NCBI RefSeq assembly: GCF_000021865.1
Contig: NC_014034.1
Coordinates: 1,380,001 to 1,412,000, forward strand
Origin: Rhodobacter capsulatus SB 1003
GTDB taxonomy: Bacteria > Pseudomonadota > Alphaproteobacteria > Rhodobacterales > Rhodobacteraceae
Length of the DNA stretch: 32,000 nucleotides
Direction: 5' to 3'
Shown here: piece after piece, positions 1 to 7,447 of the stretch
Layout: each line of letters begins with the position of its first letter
Position numbering within the stretch: the stretch's first letter is position 1
Position numbers and translations under genes: made by a program
Notes under the pieces: model-generated
Databases searched by the model: none
What the model saw: the letters and a program-made list of their open reading frames with translations, nothing else
What the model was told of the DNA's origin: nothing

Positions 1-960
1 TTCTCGACGCAATCGGCGGCCTGTCGGCGGCTGGGCCAGGCTTTGGCGCGGGCACGGGAGCGGTTGGGGGCGCAGTGGCGCGCGCTTCTGACCGAGGTGC
101 CGGAGTTTTTCGATACGGACAGGGCGCCGCAAGCGTTGGCGCGCAAGATGATGCAGATGGAGGATATATGGCGGGGACTTCGCAAACTCGGGCTCCGTCA
201 CTTCAATGAGCTGGGGCTGATGGACGCCGCGCATCTGGCTTATCTGGAACAGATCGGGCCGAAGCTGACCGACCGCGCCGAGATCGAGCGGCTTCTGGCC
301 TGGCTGCGCCCCGCAGGTCAGCCGCCGCGCGCCACCGGCGCCGCCGAGGCGATCGCGGCGCTGCTCCGGCCTTGGGCCGGGAAAGCCGTTCCGGAGGATC
401 TGCGCGCGTTGATCTGCGAACGGTTGATCGAGATCTACGGCGATCCGAGACCGGTTCCGAACGCCACATGGCTGGCCGTTGGCGAGGACAACCTTGCCCT
501 GTTCCGGCGCTGGCTGACGAAAGCGGAACTGACCTTCTTTATCGGCGTCGTGAATGCAACCCAGAACAGCGACATGTGGCCTCCACGCCGTGATTTCTGG
601 GAACTTCTCTATCGTCAGGGCCGCATTGCGGAGGCGTGGGTGGCCTTTCCCAAGCCGGCCCGGGATTACGCCCGGCGCAACCTTCAACTCTGGGGACAGG
701 GGAACGACCGCAGGTTCGGTGAGCAGATCGCGGGCGGATCGCGCACGAATACCTCGCTTCTGATCATGCGGATCGGCGACAAGATCGTGGTGGACGGATG
801 CCATTCCTACAAGACCCACATCTTCGATGCGAAGGATCCGCAGGCGCCGAAACTCTATCAACGCAAATATGACTGCGAGGACATTCGGTTGCGATCCCGC
901 GTCTCGCGGGCGCACAACCCCATCCCGAACTGGTCCGACTGGGTCCTGAGGCATATCTGA
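1..960 (+). CDS. zorC: C-terminal part of a ZorC-like EH-signature-domain protein; the 5' end lies left of the window
   Basis: Frame 1 is open from nt 1. The listed ORF start at 43 is a TTG with no upstream stop. The TGA at 958-960 lies 2 nt before the SNF2 gene start. The C-terminal block FWELLYRQGRIAEAWVAF...SLLIMRIGDKIVVDGCHSYKTHIF fits my recollection of the EH-signature core (hydrophobic strand, acidic residue, then His). The assignment rests mainly on pairing with a ~1000-aa SNF2 protein as in type I Zorya zorC-zorD. Confidence 0.5.
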   Translation, partial: FSTQSAACRRLGQALARARERLGAQWRALLTEVPEFFDTDRAPQALARKMMQMEDIWRGLRKLGLRHFNELGLMDAAHLAYLEQIGPKLTDRAEIERLLAWLRPAGQPPRATGAAEAIAALLRPWAGKAVPEDLRALICERLIEIYGDPRPVPNATWLAVGEDNLALFRRWLTKAELTFFIGVVNATQNSDMWPPRRDFWELLYRQGRIAEAWVAFPKPARDYARRNLQLWGQGNDRRFGEQIAGGSRTNTSLLIMRIGDKIVVDGCHSYKTHIFDAKDPQAPKLYQRKYDCEDIRLRSRVSRAHNPIPNWSDWVLRHI

Positions 961-962
961 CG

Positions 963-3900
963 ATGAACCTGACCTTTTCCCATACCCCCGAGCAGATCAC
1001 CCTCACCGCCACGGCGTCCCGCGGCGGGCTTCTTAACCGGCTTCGCGCCCGCAAACCGGCCGATCTGACCCTGTTGCCGCCCGAGGAACGGCGCCTTGCC
1101 CTGGCGCTCGCCGATCTGCGGGCGCTGGCCGACGAACACCACGAGCCCTTGCAGATCGAAAGCGACGGCATTCGTCTTTCCCATCGTCTTGCCGCCGCGC
1201 TTGATGCCGATGCCGCCGAGGCGCTGGGCCTGCCGCCGCTGACCGATCTGGTCTTGCGCACCGATGTCGAGGGGATCGTCGGCGAAGCCGGGTTCCGGTT
1301 GCGGGCCGAGTGGATGCGCGCGGGGGTGCGCAAGCTGCCTCGCCGGGTGGGGGCGATCCTCGAGACCGATCGTGGGCCGCAGCGGATCCCGCTCTGGATG
1401 ATGGAGGCGCTCGATCTGGCCGAAAGTCATCGGTCCGGCGCGGGGGACGCCGCCGACTGGGAGGCGCTGGCGCGGTTTCGTCGCGCGCTCGATCCCGGTG
1501 TGGTGCAGGCAGGCAATGTCCGGGCAGCACGGCTGTCGCTGACCGATTTCCTGGCCGGGCTCGAGGTGTCGCTTGCGGATCGCTTCTCGATTTCGCCCAA
1601 CGCCTCGGGCAGCGATTTCGAGGTGGTGCCGTTTTCCGGCCAGCGCATCGCGGATCTCGAAACGGTGCCCGAGACCATGGCCGAGCTGTCCGGCCCGGAA
1701 CTTGGGGATTTTCAGCGCAAGCTGCGCATGCGGGGCGCGCTGAACGCCTTTCGGCTGGCGCCGGGGCGGTTTCTGGTGATCGACCGCGCCGCCGCCCCCG
1801 TGCTGGGGGTGATGGCCGAGATGCAGCGCGCCCCGCGCGAAGAGCGTGCGGCCTTCATCCGCAATCCGCGTCCGCGCCTCACCGCCGCGATCGAGGCAGC
1901 GCTTGAGGCGCGTGGCGATCTGGCCGGGCTCGATGATGCCGCGCGCGAAGACAGCATCGAACGCGCCGCCGGGCCGGTGCTGGTCGAAACCGCGGAATAC
2001 GAGGCGTTTTCCGCTCGCGTCACGGGAATCGAGCTGTTCGAAAAGCCGGCGCTCGACCTGTTCACCGGCAGTGGCACCACCTGGTTGCCCGAAGTGTTTG
2101 CGGCCGATGTCGCGCGCCAGATCGCGGAACTGCCGGTCGAGCGGCTGGAAACCCTTGCGCAGGACCTCGAACGGGCGATTGCGGCGGGAGAAGTCAGCGT
2201 CGCGGCGGGCGATGTGCAGGTTCCGGCGCGGCCGGAGGCATTGGCCGCAGTGCAAGGCGAGATCATCGCGCGCCGAGGGCAACCCGAGCCGACAGAAGCG
2301 GCGCTGCAGGAGCACGCTCCGGGGCCGCTGGTTCTGCAGACCGCCGACAACTTCGAAGAGTTGCATTGGCGCCCCGCGACCCCGCCCCGGTCCGCCGTCC
2401 TTCCTTTGCGTCTGCCCCATACTCTGCGAACGCCGTTGAAGGATCACCAGATCGAGGCCTTCGACTGGCAGGGACAGGCCTGGCGAGCCGGTCTGCCCGG
2501 GGTGCTGAACGCCGACGAGCAGGGGCTGGGCAAGACCTTGCAGACGATCGCCTTTCTGGTCTGGCTGAACGAAGAGATGACGGCCAATCCGATCCGCCGT
2601 GGCCCGGTTCTGGTGGTGGCACCGACCTCGCTTTTGCAGAACTGGGAACAGGAAGTGGCTCGCCACGTCGACGCTCCCGGCCTTGGCCACCTGATCCGGC
2701 TCTACGGCACCGGGATTGGCGCGCGGCGCAAGGCGGGGCAGCGCGGCATGGATACGCAATCGGGCGAGGCGCTCTTGGATTTTGCCGATCTCGAGCGGGC
2801 GGCCGCGGCGGGGGCGGGGCATCTGACCTGGGTTCTGACCACCTACACCACACTCACGAACTATCAGCATTCTCTGGCCCGTATCCCCTTTGCCGCCGCG
2901 GTCTTCGACGAGATTCAGGCGATCAAGAATCCGGCCTCGCTACGGGCGGCGGCGGCCCGCGCGGTCAAGGCGGATTTCCGCATCGGCCTCACCGGCACGC
3001 CGATCGAGAATTCCACCGTCGATCTCTGGGCGATCATGGATCAACTCGCCCCCGGGGCGCTGGGCACGCTGCGGGAGTTCCGCAGCCGTTACGGCGAACC
3101 GGACGAGGCCAACATGGCCGAGCTGCACGCGCGGGTATTCACGCCGCAAGGCGGGTTGCCTGCGCTGGCCCTGCGGCGGATGAAGGACAAGGTCGCCCGC
3201 GATCTGCCCGCGAAAACGCGCGTTCTGGTTCCGCGCGAAATGCCCGCGCTGCAGGCGCAGGTTTACGATGCCGCGCGGCTTCAACTTGCCAGCGGCACGC
3301 CTGGTGCGGCCTTGAAGCTCTTGCATCACATCCGCACCGTCTCGGTGCATCCCGCGCTGGGCAGTTACGGCGCGGATGCGGAGTTCATCGCCGCTTCGGC
3401 GCGCTTGTCCGCAACCTTCGACATCCTGCGTCAGATCCGGGCGCGGGGCGAACGTGCGCTGGTCTTCATCGAGAACCGGCAGATGCAATATCGCTTCATC
3501 GAGATCGCCCGCGCCGAATTCGGCCTTGCCCGGATCGATCTGATCAACGGGGATACCCCGATTGCGCAGCGCCAGCAGATCGTCAACCGCTTTCAGGCGC
3601 ATCTTGAGGACGGGGGCGGGTTTGATCTTCTCGTGCTGGGGCCGAAGGCGGCGGGCACCGGGCTGACCCTGACCGCTGCGACGCATGTGATCCACCTCTC
3701 GCGCTGGTGGAACCCGGCGGTCGAAGAACAATGCAACGACCGGGTGCATCGGTTGGGTCAGACCCGCCCGGTGCAGATCCATGTGCCGATGGCGATCCAT
3801 CCCGGCTATCGCGCGCACAGTTTCGATTGCCTTCTGCACACTCTGATGCAGCGCAAACGCCGCATGGCCAGCGCCGCGCTTTGGCCGATGGGAGACACCG

Positions 3901-4055
3901 ATACCGACGCGCAGCATCTGCGGGGCATGGTCGCGCAGGACGTCATAGGGCAGGGTCGAGGTCAGATCGTCCCGCAGGCCATGGCCGAGACATTCGCGCG
4001 GGAGGGCGTCGCATGTCCGGAGCCGGGTGAGGGCGGGAGGTACGCTTTCGAGTAG
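963..4055 (+). CDS. zorD: SNF2-family helicase, ZorD-like (1030 aa)
   Basis: SNF2 N-terminal motifs are present: LNADEQGLGKTLQTIAFL (I), VLVVAPTSLLQNW (Ia), AVFDEIQAIKNP (II), GLTGTPIENS (III). Helicase-C motifs are also present: LVLGPKAAGTGLTLTAATHVIHLSRWWNP (V) and QCNDRVHRLGQTRPV (VI). There is a ~480-aa non-helicase N-terminal region. The start is tightly coupled to the upstream EH-signature gene. The SNF2 call is firm; the ZorD name is by size and context. Confidence 0.8.
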   Translation: MNLTFSHTPEQITLTATASRGGLLNRLRARKPADLTLLPPEERRLALALADLRALADEHHEPLQIESDGIRLSHRLAAALDADAAEALGLPPLTDLVLRTDVEGIVGEAGFRLRAEWMRAGVRKLPRRVGAILETDRGPQRIPLWMMEALDLAESHRSGAGDAADWEALARFRRALDPGVVQAGNVRAARLSLTDFLAGLEVSLADRFSISPNASGSDFEVVPFSGQRIADLETVPETMAELSGPELGDFQRKLRMRGALNAFRLAPGRFLVIDRAAAPVLGVMAEMQRAPREERAAFIRNPRPRLTAAIEAALEARGDLAGLDDAAREDSIERAAGPVLVETAEYEAFSARVTGIELFEKPALDLFTGSGTTWLPEVFAADVARQIAELPVERLETLAQDLERAIAAGEVSVAAGDVQVPARPEALAAVQGEIIARRGQPEPTEAALQEHAPGPLVLQTADNFEELHWRPATPPRSAVLPLRLPHTLRTPLKDHQIEAFDWQGQAWRAGLPGVLNADEQGLGKTLQTIAFLVWLNEEMTANPIRRGPVLVVAPTSLLQNWEQEVARHVDAPGLGHLIRLYGTGIGARRKAGQRGMDTQSGEALLDFADLERAAAAGAGHLTWVLTTYTTLTNYQHSLARIPFAAAVFDEIQAIKNPASLRAAAARAVKADFRIGLTGTPIENSTVDLWAIMDQLAPGALGTLREFRSRYGEPDEANMAELHARVFTPQGGLPALALRRMKDKVARDLPAKTRVLVPREMPALQAQVYDAARLQLASGTPGAALKLLHHIRTVSVHPALGSYGADAEFIAASARLSATFDILRQIRARGERALVFIENRQMQYRFIEIARAEFGLARIDLINGDTPIAQRQQIVNRFQAHLEDGGGFDLLVLGPKAAGTGLTLTAATHVIHLSRWWNPAVEEQCNDRVHRLGQTRPVQIHVPMAIHPGYRAHSFDCLLHTLMQRKRRMASAALWPMGDTDTDAQHLRGMVAQDVIGQGRGQIVPQAMAETFAREGVACPEPGEGGRYAFE

Positions 4056-4112
4056 CCCTGGTGATGCTGTGAGGCAATTAAATATTATTAATTAAATTCA
4101 TAGACCTGAAAT

Positions 4113-5252
4113 GGTCATTTCTCTTTGAATTGAATTGCTCAACTGGGATGGGGCAATCGATGGCGGTTGCTTGAGCGAGCCTGCACCCGCGCGCTACCGC
4201 ACGACGACCTGGTCCAGCTGGTGAGCCATTGCGGCGCCATTGGTTCGAGCCCAATGGCGAACGCCTCGCTTCGCAAGCGCGGGTCGCTGCTGATCTGGTT
4301 GGACAAGGACATGGCTTGGGAAGCTCCTCGTGATGGCAAGCCCGGTCGCCCCGCGGTGTTCTCTGAATGAGGAGGATCAGAAAACAGTCCGGTGGACTGT
4401 TTTCCCGACGAATGCGATCCAGTTCTGCCTGTCGATCAAGGTCCTGTTCAGGCTGCCGCTGCGGCAAACGACCGGAAGGGTGGCCAGCCTGCTGAAGTTG
4501 GCGGGCCTGGACCGGGCGGTGCCGGACGACACGACCCTGTGCCGTCGGCAGAGTGAGATGGGACCGTGGCCCCAGTGGGGCCGCGTAAGCCCATCGAACA
4601 CTCGCCGTCCAGATCCCCTATCGACGCGCCGATGGCCCCCTGAACCTGCGGGTTGACAGCACCGGTATCAAGTTTCCGGACGATGGCGAATGGCAGGCCC
4701 GCAAGCATGGTGTTCAGGGCAGACGCCAATGGCGCAAGGTGCATCTGGCCATGGACACGGCCACGTCTGACATCCGCGCCGTGGAATTCACTCCCAGCAG
4801 CGATGGTGACAGTCCTGTCTTGCCGGAACGGCTCAACCAGATCCCCGAGGGCGAAGAAATCGGCACCGTGACCGCCGATGGGGCCTATGACACGCGCCGT
4901 TGCAACGCCGATCATCCCCATCCGCAAAACGGGCGGCCGTGGAAAGAGGACTGCCCGGCGGCAATTACCCGTAACGAAACCCTGCGCGCCACCCGGCACT
5001 ACGGACGAGCGTTTTGGAAACGCTGGACCGGATACCACGTTCGAAGCCGGATCGAGGCCAAGATGCGCTGCCTCAAAGCCTTCGGCGAACGCATCGCCGC
5101 AAGAGACCCGGACCGACACACCGCCGAAATCCAGATCCGCTGCGCCCTCATCAACCGTTTCAGTGCGCTCGGCACTGCTGAGATCCTCCGCGTCGCCTGA
5201 CGTCGAAGGGGAAAGGGGCAATCATGCCTCAGGCATGAGTTGCGCAACGATG
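4113..5252 (+). mobile_element. Decayed IS5-family (IS903-group-like) insertion sequence with a truncated right end
   Basis: It encloses a broken DDE transposase. The candidate left IR around 4113-4137 (CTCTTTGAATTGAATTGCTCAACT) recalls the IS903 IR core TTTGTTGAAT. Its inner part TTGCTCAACT recurs inverted at 5238-5250 (GAGTTGCGCAAC). The outer ~14 nt of the right IR are missing, and homology to the SNF2 gene starts at ~5253. Boundaries are approximate. Confidence 0.5.
4171..5200 (+). pseudogene. IS5-family (IS903-like) DDE transposase, frame broken several times
   Basis: Homologous pieces lie in different frames: RYRTTTWSSW* / NASLRKRGSLLIWLDKDMAW..GRPAVFS / NAIQFCLSIKVLFRLPLRQTTGRVASLLKLAGL..TLCRRQ / QIPYRRADGPLNLRVDSTGIKF..GEWQARKHGVQGRRQWRKVHLAMD..VTADGAYDTRRC / IIPIRK-NGRPWKEDCPAA..GYHVRSRIEAKMRCLKAFG. 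These match the conserved blocks of IS903/IS5 transposases (WxxYNxxLxxRGSL, DSTG, DGAYD, E..K). There are three short insertions and an internal deletion near 4905-4935. Confidence 0.8.
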
Positions 5253-6478
5253 CCGTTCTGACGACCTACACCACGCTGACGAGTTATCAGCATTCTTTGG
5301 CCCGCATTCCCTTTGCCGCCGCTGTGTTCGACGAAATCCAGGCGATCAAGAACCCGGCTTCGCTGCGGGCGGCGGCGGCGCGCGCGATCAAGGCGGATTT
5401 CCGCATCGGCCTGACCGGCACGCCGATCGAGAATTCCACCGTCGATCTCTGGGCGATCATGGATCAACTTGCCCCCGGTGCGCTGGGCACCTTGCGGGAA
5501 TTTCGCAGCCGTTACGGCGAACCGGACGAGGCCAATATGGCCGAGCTGCACGCGCGGGTGTTCACGCCGCAAGACGGGTTGCCCCCGCTCGCGCTGCGAC
5601 GGATGAAGGACAAGGTTGCCCGCGATCTGCCCGCCAAGACACGCGTTCTGGTGCCACGCGAAATGCCCGCGCTGCAGGCGCAAGTTTACGATGCCGCCCG
5701 CCTGCAATTGGCCAGCGGCACCCCGGGCGCGGCCCTGAAGCTTCTGCATCACATCCGCACCGTCTCGGTGCGTCCCGCGCTGGGCAGTCTCAGTGCGGAT
5801 GCGGAGTTCATCGCGGCGTCGGCGCGGCTGGCCGCAACCTTCGACATCTTGCGCCAGATCCGCGCAAAGGGCGAACGCGCGCTGGTGTTCATCGAGCACC
5901 GCCAGATGCAATATCGCTTCATCGAGATTGCCCGCGCGGAATTCGGCCTCGACCGGATCGATCTGATCAACGGGGAGACCCCGATCGCGCAGCGTCAGCA
6001 GATTGTCAATCGCTTTCAGGCACATCTGGAGCAGGGGGGCGGGTTCGATCTTCTGGTTCTGGGGCCGAAAGCGGCGGGCACCGGCTTGACCCTGACCGCT
6101 GCGACGCATGTGATCCATCTCTCGCGCTGGTGGAACCCGGCGGCCGAGGAGCAATGCAACGACCGGGTGCATCGGCTGGGTCAGACCCGCCCGGTGCAGA
6201 TCCATGTGCCGATGGCGATCCATCCGGGGTATCGTGCGCACAGTTTCGATTGCCTTCTTCACAGCCTGATGCAGCGCAAACGCCGCATGGCCAGCGCCGC
6301 GCTTTGGCCGATGAGAGACACCGATGCCGACGCGCAGCAGCTTCAGGGCATGGTCGCGTGGGAGGTCACGGGGCTGGAACGCGGGCAGAGCGTTGCGCAG
6401 GCCATGGCCGAGACCTTCGCTCGCGAAGGCGTCGCATGTCCGGAACCGGGTGAGGGAGGGGCTTACGCTTTCGTTTAG
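5253..6478 (+). pseudogene. 5'-truncated second copy of the zorD-like SNF2 gene (from helicase motif II to the stop)
   Basis: The translation LTTYTTLTSYQHSLARIPFAAAVFDEIQAIKNPASLRAAAARAIKADFRIGLTGTPIENS...CPEPGEGGAYAFV* is collinear with residues ~625-1030 of the 963..4055 product, with scattered substitutions. Nucleotide similarity starts at GTTCTGAC (5253 vs ~2831) and ends at the stop codons. No helicase motifs I/Ia and no credible start are present. Confidence 0.85.
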
Positions 6479-6762
6479 CTGCGGGTCATGTCGACAAATG
6501 CACATGGCCGGGTTTGGGGACCGGACATGACCGAGACGATCACCACGGCCGAAGGCCGGGCCTGTCCGCTCACACGGGCCGGTTCTGGTGCAAATCAGCA
6601 GCCATGTCGGTCCGCCGGATCACTTCCTGCGCCTTGGCAAAGGACATCACGCACCCCGACAGCTATTGACACCCCGCAAGGCCAAGACTGTCCTTGCGGT
6701 CTGTCGAGGCGATTCCCTTGCAGGGCGTCTGCTGGGGGTCGTTGGGTAAGGAGTGTTCGGTC

Positions 6763-7389
6763 ATGGGGGATCTTGACGGCCGCGCCGCCTCGCTGGTGCT
6801 GACGCGCCGGGGGCTTGGGGCAAGGCTTGCGGGCGCAGTTCTGGCGGGGGGTGTCGGGGGCGGGTCGGCCGTGGCGGCGGTTCCCGCGCCCGATCCCGAT
6901 TTGCGCGACGCGGCGCTGCGCGGGCTGGCGCTGGCGCAGCACCGGGGCGATCCGGTGACGGCGGCGGCGGCGCGGGCGGCATTGGCGCGACTGGCCGAGA
7001 CCGACCCCGAGGCGGCGATCCTGACGCGGCTTTATCAGTTGCTCGATGTCCGCCCCGCCGCCTATTGGCAAGAGGCGGCCGCAAACGAACCGCCCGCCAG
7101 GGCCGAGGATCTGGCGGTGCTGCATGGGGCGATCCGCGCCTGCGCGCCGGTCGCCTTCGGCTACACCGACAGGGGCGGCACCGTGACTACCCGCCGCGCG
7201 CTGCCCTTGGCGCTGGTGCATCCGGCGCAGGGGGTGAAGCTGCTCGCGTTCTGCGAGACCCGGGAGGGCTTCCGGCAATTCTTCGTGCGCGCGATGACCG
7301 GGCTGAGCCTGCAGCCGGGCGATTTTTCGGCGGATCGTGGCGCACTTTTGCAAGGGCTGCTGGAAAAGGAAGAGGGGGGGCCGCTTTAG
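6763..7389 (+). CDS. WYL-domain protein (208 aa) with an Ala/Gly-rich, twin-arginine-like N-terminus and no recognisable HTH
   Basis: ATG at 6763 is preceded by TAAGGAG (6747-6753). The C-terminal block LAVLHGAIRACAPVAFGYTDRGGTVTTRRALPLALVHPAQGVKLLAFCETREGFRQFFVRAMTGL matches the WYL-domain pattern (F.Y....G..t.R.v.P..l......L.a.C......R.F...R). The N-terminus reads LTRRGLGARLAGAVLAGGVGGGSAVAAVPA. The stop lies 58 nt before cas3. Confidence 0.6.
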   Translation: MGDLDGRAASLVLTRRGLGARLAGAVLAGGVGGGSAVAAVPAPDPDLRDAALRGLALAQHRGDPVTAAAARAALARLAETDPEAAILTRLYQLLDVRPAAYWQEAAANEPPARAEDLAVLHGAIRACAPVAFGYTDRGGTVTTRRALPLALVHPAQGVKLLAFCETREGFRQFFVRAMTGLSLQPGDFSADRGALLQGLLEKEEGGPL

Positions 7390-7447
7390 CGGGGCAACCC
7401 CGCCGGGGCCGCGCCCTGGGGCGCCGGAACGGACGGAGGGAGGGGCG

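Noticed and set aside
858-2870. Very long antisense or alternative-frame ORFs: 858..2870(-), 2940..3917(-), 5222..6505(-), 7187..9835(-), 10283..11575(-), 13625..14914(-), 18548..19978(+), 19924..20829(+), 27863..28900(+), and many shorter ones.
   Set aside because: All overlap genes with clear family signatures on the other strand or frame. Their products are Arg/Pro/Gly/Ala-rich low-complexity strings typical of shadow ORFs in high-GC DNA. None has a recognisable motif or start context.
4235-4259. The hairpin CGCCATTGG-TTCGAGC-CCAATGGCG has a loop fitting the tRNA T-loop consensus (TTCRANY), suggesting a tRNA or tRNA-derived att fragment.
   Set aside because: The stem is 9 bp instead of 5. 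No acceptor, D or anticodon arms can be drawn around it. It sits inside a transposase reading frame. It is kept only as part of the hairpin-insertion finding.
5223-5237. The perfect palindrome CATGCCT-C-AGGCATG between the IS transposase stop and the IS right-end remnant; I considered it a fourth hairpin insertion.
   Set aside because: It lies in the non-coding subterminal part of the IS, where such palindromes are common. Without an intact reference copy there is no evidence that it is an insertion.
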